Notes: generated by a model from the letters alone, not told the origin. DNA of 63,003 bases, filler included, from Octopus bimaculoides (GCF_001194135.2; 7 parts of 7 records of this genome joined end to end with filler, not necessarily neighbours in it), one strand, 5' to 3'; positions 24,340-36,031 are shown, numbered from the whole stretch's first letter. Made by a program: numbers and translations.

Positions 24340-26675
24340 CTGCAGAAGTAAACAATTGAGGGAAATTAGACAGTCTAAATGGAAGATTCAAGGGAAAATA
24401 ACTGCTAACATCACAAACAATAGCAGCAGCAACAATTCATCATCATCATCGTTTAACGTCCGCTTTCCATGCTAGGATGGGTTGGACGATTTGACTGAGG
24501 ACTGGCAAGCCAGAAGGCTGCACCAGGCTCCAATCTGATCTGGCAGAGTTTCTACAGCTGGATGCCCTTCCTAACGCCAACCACTCCGAGAGTGTAGTGG
24601 GTGCTTTTACATGTTTCTAATAAAAGTTGAAGGACCAAAATTTGGGACCGAGTTGGGGACAGTCAATTACATCAAGCTCAGTACTTAAATGTTACTTTAT
24701 TTTATCAACCCTGAAAGGATAAAAGCAAAGTTGGTGAAATTTAAACCCAGAATGTAAAGACAGGCGAAATACCACGAAGCATTTTGCCAGTGTGCTAACA
24801 ATTCTGTCAGCTTGTCACCTTTAATAATAATATATTATAGCTACTGTTAAGGTGACAAGCTCCAAAATTGTTACCATGTTGTACATGTTAAGTTCTGAGT
24901 TAAAATTCCAGGGGTCAACTTTGTATTTCATCCTTTAGGGGTCAATAAAATAAATACCAATCAAGTACAGGGATCAATGTATTCAACTGTCTGCACCCCT
25001 CATGAGCTGCCAACAGTTGAAACTGTTATTGTTGTTGTTGTTATTTCTCCTCCCCCAATGCCCCCTCCTCTGTAGCAAGACACTTGTCTCTGCCTCTCTG
25101 TCACTCTCCAACCTTTCATTATCTGACACAAGATCCTCTCCTCTCAAAATTCCTTGTCTTGAAAGTTATTTGGTGACCCTGTCGGCGCTGGTGCCACATA
25201 AAAAGCATCCAGTCCACACTGAAAAGTTGTTGGTATTTGGAAGGGCATCCAGTTGTAAAAACCATGCCAAAACTGACCTTGCCTGTGCTGGTACCATGTA
25301 AAAAGCACTCAACCCACTCTCCTGGGTGGTTGGCATTAGGAAGGGTATCCAGCCATAAAAACCTTGCCAAAACAGGCACAGCAGCCTGGTGTCGTCTTCT
25401 ACCTGGTCCGCTTCTGTCAAACCATCCAACTCGTGCCAGTATGGAAGGCGGATCTTAAATGATGATGATGAAAGAGGAACAACCCCAAAAAAACCTGAAG
25501 GAGGGAAGTTGATTATATTGGCTCCGGTACTTGACCACTTCATTATTTTCTCAACCTTGAAGGGACAAAATGTAAAGATAACTTTGATGAGATTTTAGCT
25601 CAAAACTGCAGAGAGCCACAGAGTACCACAAAGCATTTTGTTTGACGCTCTATCAATTCAACCAAACCACTGCTCGTATTTTTGTTCTGTTTTTGAAAAC
25701 TCTCAAAAGTGGACACCCCAGCAATTTTTCACTCAGTTCATCAAAGTCATTTAATTTTTCTTCTAGGAGTTGGGTGGGGTAGGGTAGGCTGCTTAGATAT
25801 ATTGGATGTGGAGAGAAAAAAAAAGAAGAAAAACAGGCACTCTGCCAGTCACTACGAGTGTTCCAGTGATCTGGTCAATGGAACAGCCTGCTCGTGAGAT
25901 TGACATGCAAGTGGCTGAGCACTCCACAGACACGTTAACCCTTAACGTACTTCTCAAACAGATTCAGCATGGCACATCAAATATGACAAGGCTGGCCCTT
26001 TGAATTATAGGTACGACTCATTTTTGCTAGCTGAGTAGATGGAAACATTGAATAAAGTGCCTTGCTCAAGGACACAATGCACAGCCAGAATTTGAACTCA
26101 CTATCTTGAAATTGTGAGCCGAATGCTCTAACCAGTGTGCCACATGCCTTCACAAAAAAACTGACACTCTGTCAGTTATGACAACAATGGTTCCAGTTGA
26201 TCTGATCAACAGAACAGCCTGCTCGTGAAATTAACATGCATGTGACTGAGTACCCCCCAGACACGCATACCCATGACATAGTTCTCAGAGAGATTCAACA
26301 TTTTCTTTTCTTTTCAACTCTAGGAACAAGGCCCCCTCCCCCCGTACTCCAAAAGGATGAAAGGCAAAGTCGACCTTGGTGGAATTTGAACTCAGAACGT
26401 AAAGACAGATGAAATACCACGAAATATTTCATCAAGCGTGCTAACGTTTCTGCCAGCTTGTCACCTTAGAGAGATTCAACATTGCACACCTAATGTGACA
26501 AGGTTGGCCCTTTGACTTACAGGCCCAACTCAGTTTTGCCAGCTGAGTGGACTGGAGCAAGAAGAAATAAAGTGTCTTGCTCAAGGACACAAGGCACCAC
26601 TGGAAATCGAACTCACACCCTTAAAATTGTGGGCCGAACACCTGAACCACTATTATTACTACTACTACTACTTAC

Positions 26676-26819
26676 CAGATCCAAAGATCGCATATTTCTC
26701 CTGTACAAGACGATCATTCAAGGAAACAAGAAACTCCTTGCCAGGTATCTTCAGGTACATGTGACCAAAAAGACGAGATGCTTTTTCAGTCTTCACAATA
26801 GCTTGGATCATGCTGGCCT
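26676..26819 (-). CDS. TDRD12: TDRD12-like coding exon 7 (E-ASMIQAIVKTEKASRLFGHMYLKIPGKEFLVSLNDRLVQEKYAIFGS)
   Basis: Acceptor ttttattcttcag|, donor |gtaagt, 144 nt, phase 1/1. Ends the eTudor with S-L-N-D-x-L-V-x-x-x-Y-A. Confidence 0.92.
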
Positions 26820-27302
26820 CTGAAGAATAAAATGGGATAGGATGAAAACGACTTACATCATAGGAATAACAACAACAACAACCCTTTCTGTTATAAGCAC
26901 AAGGCTTGACATTCTGGGGGAGGGGTACCTTTTACTTGTTTCAGTCATTTGACTGCAGCCATGCTGGAGCACCGCCTTTAGCCGAGCAAATCGACCCTAG
27001 GACTTAGTCTCTGTAAGCCTAGTACTTATTCTATCGGTCTCTTTTGCCGAACCGCTAAGTTACAGGAACATAAATACACCAGCATCAGTTGTTAAGCGAT
27101 GTTGGGGGGACAAACACAGACACACAAACTTATACACACATATATATATATATATNNNNNNNNNNNNNNNNNNNNNNNNNNNNNNNNNNNNNNNNNNNNN
27201 NNNNNNNNNNNNNNNNNNNNNNNNNNNNNNNNNNNNNNNNNNNNNNNNNNNNNNNNNNNNNNNNNNNNNNNNNNNNNNNNNNNNNNNNNNNNNNNNNNNN
27301 NN

Positions 27303-27335
<33 letters not shown>

Positions 27336-27874
27336 GCGACAGGCTTCTTTCAGTTTCCGTCTACCAAATCCACTCACAAGGCTTTGGTCAGCCCGAGGCT
27401 ATAATAGAAGACACTTGCCCAAGGTGCCAAGCAGTGGGACTGAACCCAGAACCATGAGGTTGGTAAGCAAGCTACTTACCAGACAGCCACTCCTGCGCCT
27501 ATAAATTTTCCATCAAAATTTATGGTTAATTTATTCCAACACTGTTTTAAAATTATTTCAATCAAGGCTGTCAAAATTTCGAGCTAATTTATGTTCCAAA
27601 CACCAGCTTAATAACAATGATGTTATCTCAATAAATTCTTTATATTTCCCAAATTAAATGAAATACAATGTATTTTAACAGAAATATGGTAACAAAAGAG
27701 TTAGGATGGGAATTTAGCACTGCAAAAGACCAGTGTGCTAACTGGTGGATTTATCTGAAGAAAACCGAAGAAAAATTTTACACCATTTCAATGGTGATTC
27801 AGGAGGGAGTAGGGTGGGATGAAGTGAAGATAAACAGTCATGTCATAAATTGAAAAAGGAGGAAAATTACTTAC

Positions 27875-27930
27875 CCCTAAATAAATCCCTGATAAATGTT
27901 GTTACAGATTTATCCCATACTTTGCAAGGC
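27875..27930 (-). CDS. TDRD12: TDRD12-like coding exon 6 (R-PCKVWDKSVTTFIRDLFR)
   Basis: Acceptor gttctaattccag|, donor |gtaagt, 56 nt, phase 2/1. Carries the conserved eTudor W-D helix (TDRD12 PAKKWD). Confidence 0.9.
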
Positions 27931-28547
27931 CTGGAATTAGAACAATGAAAATGGTAAACAAAGAAGATTAAATAAGCATTGTTTTGTTTCATTTGTGTAT
28001 GACTAGATATACATAAACACACACACACACACACACCTGAGTACATGTGTGTGTGTGATGGTATATAACACCTTTTTGTTTTTATGAAAAATGTTTTTAA
28101 AAAAATAATCACACCAGGTGCAAAGTTGAACCTCTATAACAGTGATCCTCAACTGGCGTCCAGATAAGAGTCTTAGGAGTCCACAAAAACAAAATTGGAA
28201 ATCCACAACAGAATTTTAACACTTTAACCACATTGTACGCCATATACGGTACATGGGTAACTGTCCCAACCTGCATCACGTACCACTATTGGTACACAGT
28301 GTAAATTTTAAAAAAATTTTTAAACTGATATTTTAATGAACTCAATCATTATTATATACAATTATGTTTTAGAAATGAAAGATAATAAGTAAATTTTGCA
28401 AATTTATAACATATATTCCTGTTTCATTATCAAAACTTATCAATAATAATAAAGTACAATAAGTAATATGAGGTTGTCAAGAAAGTTCTTGCGGTTTTTC
28501 ACCTNNNNNNNNNNAAACTTATCAATAATAATAAAGTACAATAAGTA

Positions 28548-28975
28548 ATATGAGGTTGTCAAGAAAGTTCTTGCAGTTTTTCACCTTTAAATTCAGATGC
28601 ACAGATCTCAGCTCAAACAAAACTTCAGTAATCGAAATGAACACCATCAGAATCAGCACACTTTTGCCAATGCGAAACAAGTTTATTTATGCCAGTAGCG
28701 TAAAAATCCTGTGTTCTGGCGGTGATGAAGTTTTTGAAGGCGTGTTTGGCATCGTCCTGGTCTTTGAAGCATTTCTCACTAAGGAAGTTGTCGGGATGCT
28801 TGAAAAAGTGGTAGTCGGTAAGCGAGAGGTCTGGTGAGTATGGCAAATGAGGCAGAGTTTCGTAGTCCAATTCATTCAACTTCTGCAGGGTCAGTTGCAC
28901 GACGTGCGGCCGAGCATTGTCATGGAGAAGAACTGGTCCTTTTCCGTTGACCAATGCTGGCTGTTGTCAGACTTT
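28548..28975 (-). mobile_element. Mariner 3' half (D,D34D-type catalytic region) with TIR
   Basis: LLHDNARPH...LPHLPYSPDLSLTDYHFFK...KLVSHWQKC. The terminal repeat ends ...ttcttgacaacctcaTA. It lies in a Tudor-gene intron. Confidence 0.93.
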
Positions 28976-29159
28976 CTTATGCAGGAGGTCTTCTGGGATC
29001 CTCCTGTCCAGCATGAAATGTACATGACAGAGCCAGCGTAGACAACACTGCTGGATGATATACACAGACATAAACATTCACACGCATATCTGCATTCATA
29101 CGCACAAGAGACAAATACTAAGACAATGTATAGAAAAAACTCAATGAAGAACACAATAC

Positions 29160-29276
29160 CTTTGCACAGCCTGTATATCAGAATTGATACTGAGAGTCAG
29201 AGGCTGTACACCCAGTAAGACAAAAGTCTTCGCTTGGAATGGCACTTCAAGAAATTTGAGTGGAATTTGCCGGATG
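29160..29276 (-). CDS. TDRD12: TDRD12-like coding exon 5 (N-IRQIPLKFLEVPFQAKTFVLLGVQPLTLSINSDIQAVQ)
   Basis: Acceptor ctctgtgtttacag|, donor |gtattg, 117 nt, phase 2/2. Matches the eTudor F-x-x-L/V-P-x-Q-A...L-x-G-x-x-P motif. Confidence 0.92.
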
Positions 29277-29982
29277 CTGTAAACACAGAGGAAAGTAATA
29301 AAACAGCTATAATAATCAATAATCAATAATAATCAATCAATAATGAACAGGAATAAATAAATAATTAAATCTTGAATGGAATGTCATCTCCTTTTATTTT
29401 CTATCGTCTTTTGGTTTTATGTCTGTGTTTCCATGCTGGCATGAGTTAGACAAAACTTATTGAAGTAGATTTTTTTTTTTTTTAATCTTTAAGTCCAGTG
29501 GAGGCACAATGGCCCAGTGGTTAGGGCAGCGAACTCACTGTCATAGGATCGCGGTTTCGATTCCCAGACCGGGCATTGTGAGTGTTTATTGTCACATATA
29601 TATATATATGTGACAGGCAACTTTCTGTTTCTGTCAAACAGATCCACTCACAAGGTTTGGTTGCCCTGGGGATATAGTGGAAAAGATTTGCTTAAAGTGT
29701 CACATAATGGGACTGAACCCTAAACCACGTGGTTGAGAAGCATACTTCTTACCACGCACCCAGGGTGTGTTAGGTGGTTAGCTACCCACATAACAGGTGT
29801 AGCTGGATAAGGTTTAAACCTTTGACCCCTGATCTCCTGAACCTTATTTGACCATATATCTGGCACTTCACTGGTGCTATGGTATAGAGAAAAATAAGCC
29901 ATCCACCAGTAAACCGGTGTTACGGGCTCAAAGGTTTATGACTACTAGGGTTAGGAGTGAAAAACATAAAAGCAAGACTTAC

Positions 29983-30030
29983 TTTTGGACCTGTATTGTC
30001 TCCACTTTGCCAGTGTCCAGCAAGAAGCAG
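29983..30030 (-). CDS. TDRD12: TDRD12-like coding exon 4 (S-CFLLDTGKVETIQVQ)
   Basis: Acceptor gttctattttcag|, donor |gtaagt, 48 nt, phase 2/2. Tudor xFxxDxG motif (TDRD12 CFLVD). Confidence 0.92.
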
Positions 30031-30568
30031 CTGAAAATAGAACAAGGCATTAATTAGGTGAGTATCTCATATTGGTGTGGTGTTTGTACTAGTTTTTGTC
30101 ATTGGACTTCAGCCATGCTGGGAAGTGCCTTCTAGAGCAGGGGGTCCCAACCTTATATTGATCTGTAAGTTAAGACAATGTGTATTCCAGTTGATTCAAT
30201 CAACCAAACAGCCTGCAAGTGGCTGAGCACTCCACAAACATGTGTAATTCTCAAGGTGATTCATTCAGCATGATGCAGAGTTTGACAAGGCTGGCCCTTT
30301 GAATAACCTGTGCAACTCATTTTTGTCAGGTGAGTGGAATGGTGCAGCATGAAAAAAAGTGTCCTGCTTAGCGACACAACGCACAACCAGGAATTGAACT
30401 CGTGGCCTTATGATTGTAAGGCAAATATATTAACCAATAAGCCACATGCCTCTACAATAAGAGAAATGAGAGATGAAATAAAGTCGTTAAGAAAAGAGAA
30501 AAAGACAAAGAAAAGAAAAAAGGGATGAAATTTGAAAGATATAAATGAAGTACACAAGATTTTCTTAC

Positions 30569-30657
30569 CTAACTTTCGGTCCACGAAGAGAAGAAAGTAT
30601 TTGTTTGATTCGCACACGGTGCCATCTCCCATGCTTGTTAATGAGGGCAGCACAGAT
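30569..30657 (-). CDS. TDRD12: TDRD12-like coding exon 3 (ICAALINKHGRWHRVRIKQILSSLRGPKV)
   Basis: Acceptor ctcttttcttgaag|, donor |gtaaga, 89 nt, phase 0/2. Contains the Tudor core C-A-A...W-H-R-V-x-I. Confidence 0.92.
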
Positions 30658-31191
30658 CTTCAAGAAAAGAGCCAAGACAAGGACAGAGATGAAACAAGAA
30701 ATGGTATTACAATGGAATGGCAATATTTACTGCTCATAAGGCGGCAAGCTAGCAGAGACATTAACACACTGGGAAAAAGCTTGGTGGCACTTTGTCTGTC
30801 TTTAATCGACCCTTCCCCACCAGGACTTATCCTTTGTAAGCCTAGTACTTGTTCTATCAGTTTGTTTTGTCGAGCCGCTAGATAATGGGGACATAAATGC
30901 ACCAGCATCAGTTGTCAAGCAATATTGGTCGGACAGACAGACACACACACGTATGTATATGCATTTTGTTGACAGATTTGCACTTAAAATACTTGCAATT
31001 TAAAGAAAAACTTGTTAGCTACTATGGTGACAACACTACCTGCTATCTACCTTTCCCGCAAACACTATCTCTCTCAACATTTTCTCTTTTCCTTCATCTA
31101 AAAATACATTGTGATATTTTGATTCTTCCTTCTTTCCCTCCCTCTAATAGATGTGACAGACAGACAGATGGAGATCTGCTTCTCTTTTACA

Positions 31192-31227
<36 letters not shown>

Positions 31228-31264
31228 CATAAGTTTCCATGTACCAAATTCCACCCACAAGGCA

Positions 31265-31680
31265 ACTCCATAAAGTGCCAAACTCTCAAAGTGGATGGAA
31301 CACATGGATGTGGGTGATCCAGGAAGACATGGGATGAAGTACTGAAGAACAACCTTAGGATGCTGAACTTTTCAGGCAAGATGGCAAAGGACCAAGATGC
31401 CTGGTGCCTTGCCATACTCAAGAAGGTCCGTATTCTGCTGCAGAAGTGTTAAGACCAATCTTTCTGGTGGTGTAAGGCACAGAAGGTGGCATCACGTATA
31501 AGTGCCCATGCTGTGCCACATAAAAGCATCCAGCACACTCTGTAAAGTGGTTGGCATTAGGAAGGGCATCCAGCCATAGAAATCATGTCAAATCAGACTT
31601 GAGTCTGGTGCAGCTCCCCTGCTTAAGTCAAACCATCCAACCCATGCCAGAACGGACAACAGACATTAAATGATGATGGA
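31265..31680 (+). mobile_element. RTE LINE 3' end with 3'UTR ending in (GAT)n
   Basis: KVDGTHGCG*SRKTWDEVLKNNLR...DQDAW followed by the gtgccacataaaag...aggaagggcatccagc...catgccag tail. The same tail recurs alone at about 13775-14000, 15500-15670, 16085-16255, 16815-17060, 24435-24615(-), 25175-25470 and 61208-61426(-). Confidence 0.75.
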
Positions 31681-32283
31681 GGTATCAATTAACAAGGCTA
31701 AAACTGCCCAAGCTACAACACAGTATGACTGAACCTATAACTATGGGCTTGTGAAACAAATTTCTTACTCACATCCGTTGCTTGTAGTCCATAGATGTAA
31801 AACATGCTTCCCAGCCACACAGTTCTGGGTTCAGTCCCACTATGTGGTGCCTTGAATAAATGTCTTCTACTATAGCTTCAGGCAGACCAAAATCTTGTCA
31901 GTGGATTCGATAGATGGAAACTGAAAGAAGCCTGCTGTATAATGTGTGTCTTTATCCCCCACTGCCACTATGTATATCTCTCACTCTATAGCTCGCTCTA
32001 TCTCTCTCTCTTTCCCTGTATCTAAATCTATCTATACATCTTTCTGTCTATCTCTGTATCTATCTATCAATCTCTATATCTATCTGTTGGTGTGTTCACA
32101 CCCCCATAACTTACCAGTGGGGCAAAAATGACCAACAGATAAGTACTAGGGTTTTAAAAAGAAAAAAATAAGTTTGACTAAAATTCAAGTTGGTGCTCCA
32201 GCATGACCTAGGTCTTATGAATGAAACAAGTAAAAAAGTAAAAAGTAAAATAAATAAAGACAAAAAAAAAACAATCAACTCAC

Positions 32284-32436
32284 CTCGTTGTTCTTTGGAA
32301 AATGAACATCAAAGACCAAGTACTGGTCATTGAAATAGTCATTCATCTCTCGAGACATTTCTTTGAATGTTTCGACATTCTGCGAAGGAGAGGCACTTGG
32401 TGCTTCTCGGACCAATATACAATCCGGAGACTTTAC
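32284..32436 (-). CDS. TDRD12: TDRD12-like coding exon 2 (VKSPDCILVREAPSASPSQNVETFKEMSREMNDYFNDQYLVFDVHFPKNNE)
   Basis: Acceptor cttattgctacag|, donor |gtgagt, 153 nt open, phase 0/0. The helix EMNDYFN resembles TDRD12 AMNDFYN in the eTudor SN-like N-terminal part. Confidence 0.9.
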
Positions 32437-32693
32437 CTGTAGCAATAAGAACAGTGTGTTAGAGAGTGACTAAGCAGTTTGATGGATGTAAAACACCAAC
32501 TTCTTTTTGAGTAAAGNNNNNNNNNNNNNNNNNNNNNNNNNNNNNNNNNNNNNNNNNNNNNNNNNNNNNNNNNNNNNNNNNNNNNNNNNNNNNNNNNNNN
32601 NNNNNNNNNNNNNNNNNNNNNNNNNNNNNNNNNNNNNNNNNNNNNNNNNNNNNNNNNNNNNNNNNNNNNNNNNNNNNNNNNNNNNNNNNNNNN

Positions 32694-32853
32694 GAATGTT
32701 GCTGTAATTTAGCCCCGAGGAGATATTGTCTCCAGGTGGCTATACGACACGATCTGTGTCCTTATATTTTCAAAAAAATATATAAGTACACAGATCGTGT
32801 TGTATAGCCAGCTGGAGACGATGTCTCCTCGGGGCTAAATTACAGCAACATTC
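32694..32853. mobile_element. Fold-back (palindromic) MITE in an intron of the Tudor gene
   Basis: About 75-bp arms, GAATGTTGCTGTAATTTAGCCCCGAGGAGA... and ...TCTCCTCGGGGCTAAATTACAGCAACATTC, around a short A/T loop. A diverged half copy lies at about 612-695. Confidence 0.8.
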
Positions 32854-33244
32854 GTCCTAAACCAGTTCTGCCGTGTTATGTTGGCAAACAATCTTTACTA
32901 TAAAGTACTGTTGTTGAATGTCTCTCGTTGCGAGATTTACAAACAGTAATTTTCCAACCAACTTCTTTTTTTTTTTTTTTTGGAGGAAGTGGGGGGGCTA
33001 CTAATGACACTTTTATTTAACCCTTTCAGTGTTCAGATGCGTGTGCATGTGGTGTGTGTGAGTGTATGTATATATGTATATGTATGAGTGTTTGTCCCCC
33101 ACAGCAGTTTCACCAAAACAAGCTGACAATAAATACCGGGAAAAAAAAAGCATTGGCAGGGGTCAATTCATTTGACCAAACTCTTCAAGGTGGTACCCAA
33201 GCATGGCCACAGTCCAATGGTTGAAACAAATAAAAGATACTTAC

Positions 33245-33265
33245 ATCAATAACTGTTAAGTCCAT
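33245..33265 (-). CDS. TDRD12: TDRD12-like Tudor gene, coding exon 1 (MDLTVID); the exon starts at acceptor 33310 with 5'UTR
   Basis: Minus strand reads tcttctgttgcag|...ATG GAC TTA ACA GTT ATT GAT|gtaagt. Phase 0 joins the next exon to give MDLTVIDVKSPDC, comparable to the TDRD12 N-terminus as I recall it (MLQLLVLKIEDPGC). Confidence 0.75.
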
Positions 33266-34247
33266 AAATTTCTGCATATTTCTTGATTTTGATATTGCTT
33301 AAGAATTATTCTGCAACAGAAGAAAAAAAAAAAAAGAAACAAAAAAAATGAATAAAATTAATCAACAACTCACATGTCTTTCTACTCAAGACATGATTGT
33401 TCTGTCTCTCTCTCTCTCTGTCTCTTTTTGAGTTAACTATGTTGTCAGAGCTCATGTGAGTTAATTTGATCCCAGAGGCTACTCTTAAAGTGAAAATACA
33501 TAAAGCAGAGCAATAATTTCCCATTACTAACAATGTTATAAATCATAATTTGTTCCCAGAAAAATATTTTACCTATAAAATTTATCATACTCGGAAATAA
33601 ACAACAGTAGAATGTAAAGAATATTTTACATTAAGTTAAAGGAATGTCAAGATCATTTATAATACAAAATATTATTATAATAATCATTTTCTGAACCACT
33701 CGCACTAGAATTGGGCACACCATCACTTCAAGACGCAATTGTCGATTCACAAGCACTCAAAGACGGACTTGTAAATTTCTTTTTAAAAACAAGTCTCAGA
33801 AGATTTTTTTTTTTTTTTGCTTTCTATAAATTTCTTGGTACACAGAAGCATTTGTTATGGTAATACCAAATTTTGCACTTCGTTCAAAATTTGGATCTTG
33901 TGCTTGGAAAATGAAACTCATAAACCCAGGGCCTCAAAATTAGTATGGTATTATTGTAGATCAACACGCAAATGCTTATCGGCATGATAATAACAATATA
34001 TCCCATGATACATGTCTGGTATAAAATGGTATTACACAGATAAATACATGGTTGTGGTTATCTAAAAATAACTTATCACCGAAATATATGTTAATAAATA
34101 TGTAACATTGTGTAATACTCGAACATAGGTACGATACTCAGAATTTACTGTTCAACTACCAAATATAATTTTACAATTTAATCTCTTATGGAATTTAGAT
34201 TCATGATAGAAAAAGATTAATGAAAATAAATAATTTTTTCTATGTAG

Positions 34248-34382
34248 GAGTTCTTGGAGACATGGAAAGTATTTCAAGAGTGCCACAAGAATGGAAAAAA
34301 ATTGGAAATCGCAGATTTATCTTTCACTTCCTATCGGAGTTATCTACCTTGTGTTATAAAACCACTTCACAGCATTCCTAAA
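34248..34382 (+). CDS. Orphan internal exon of an unidentified gene (EFLETWKVFQECHKNGKKLEIADLSFTSYRSYLPCVIKPLHSIPK)
   Basis: taattttttctatgtag| and |gtgagt flank 135 nt, and only phase 0 is fully open. No family recognised and no partner exons found. Confidence 0.5.
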
Positions 34383-34569
34383 GTGAGTTCTAATTACTTG
34401 GACAACATTAATTCATGAAAGTTTTTTAACTTATACTACCGAATATGGCAGGTTCTAATCTTGGCCAAGAATTTCCTAGATGATTTTGTGGTGCATACTT
34501 TCATTTGTAATAGTAAGTATGCCAAAATTTATAACGATGTTCTAATTTAGAACATCGTTTTCCCCTATT

Positions 34570-34920
34570 TTCTCCCATAAGACACCTCCTCCATAGGATC
34601 CTATCAGAAGCAACCGTCATAACACTTTCCAGCTGGATTCCTAAGTGTGATCAACTGAGACAATGTATATTATCCAACCATCTCATTCATGGTCTACTCC
34701 CTAGCACTCTTGTCGGTTGGCCCAGTTTGAAGAATCCGTCTTACGATTCTTTCTTCCTGCAACATTCTAATCCCATGTCCGTAGTACAAAAGCTGTGACC
34801 TCCCAATGCAGAGGAAGTAGCGGTACGACTTAAAGAGACTACCTCATCTCCTACGGATCCTCGCTAATAATAATCTCACTACAGTGATCCATCGGAGGAA
34901 CGGCATTTCGGCCACTTGTA
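34570..34920 (-). mobile_element. Decayed RTE-like LINE 3' end
   Basis: YYGHGIRMLQEERIVRRILQTG followed by degenerate RP*MRWLD...ASDRILWR, resembling the RTE C-terminus. Confidence 0.65.
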
Positions 34921-35189
34921 CAGTAATCTCGACTATCGCGAATGTTACGTTCCAAAACACCCTGCGCAAAGTAGAAACAGTACTGTACTATATATATATA
35001 ACTTGTATATATTTACTTCATTGTAGATGCAAAACAAAAACACGGAGGAAATCGACGTAAGCTTAAATAATAAACTGCGATAAGGGTGAATCGTGATGGC
35101 GAGGGGTTACTGTATTGGTAACAGTATTTTTCCGGTCATTACACAATATTCAGAACAGTAGGTAATGATAAGCACGAAAGCTGAATTTA

Positions 35190-35510
35190 AGACAGCGAGA
35201 CAGATAGACAGATAGATAAATAAACAGACAGAAAGGTTGACAAACAGATAGATAGATAGACAGACAGATAAACAAACAGACAGATAGACAAACAGATAGA
35301 TATACAGACAGATAGACAAACAGATAGATATACAGACAGATAGACAAACAGATAGATATACAGACAGATAGACAAACAGACAGATAGATAGACAGACAGA
35401 TAAACAGATAGATAGATAGACAGACAGACAGATAGACAAACAGATAGATAGACAGACAGATAGACAAACAGATAGATAGATAGACAGACAGGTAGACAAA
35501 CAGATAGATA
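35190..35510. repeat. (GATA/GACA)n compound microsatellite
   Basis: Directly visible. A second pure (GATA)n array lies at 35961-36030. Confidence 0.95.
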
Positions 35511-35512
35511 GG

Positions 35513-35633
35513 TTTCTTTATTAGCCACACAGGGCTCAACACAGAGGGGACAAAATACAAATGTAGAGTTTTTTCTTTTCGAGGGGGGCGAAAACAAAGC
35601 AGAAAAAAAACAAAAGTGGGGACAACGATGAAA
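35513..35633 (-). mobile_element. Probable 3' end of the same LINE
   Basis: Minus strand ends ...gtgtggctAATAAAgaaacc then (TATC/TGTC)n. It is separated from the endonuclease fragment by a gap. Confidence 0.5.
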
Positions 35634-35733
35634 NNNNNNNNNNNNNNNNNNNNNNNNNNNNNNNNNNNNNNNNNNNNTTAATTAATTAANNNNNNNNNNN
35701 NNNNNNNNNNNNNNNNNNNNNNNNNNNNNNNNN

Positions 35734-35960
35734 CGAGTCGGTACCTGTCAGACAGTTGAAAGCGTCTGAGCAGGTCTTTGAGGCATTTGCATCCCCGTCT
35801 ATTCCTATCTCTGCCCACATAGTCTAGATGCGTGTCCAAGGTAGCATTCCAATCCCCCATTAAAAGTAAAGGACGAGACGTTCCTAGGAATACTTCTAGA
35901 CGTCGAAAGAAATCCGGCCTACCTGTTAAAGGTGGTGCGTATACTGATATGAGTCGAAAG
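35734..35960 (-). mobile_element. Tx1/L1-clade LINE AP-endonuclease fragment
   Basis: FRLISVYAP...LLLMGDWNATLD...FQLSDRYRL carries the classical APE motifs. It abuts a (GATA)n array. Confidence 0.9.
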
Positions 35961-35981
35961 GTAGATAGATAGATAGATAGG

Positions 35982-36031
<50 letters not shown>

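Noticed and set aside
28427-28583. Apparent tandem duplication of a mariner TIR and flank
   Set aside because: Near-identical copies flank a 10-N gap, which points to a contig overlap or allelic artefact.
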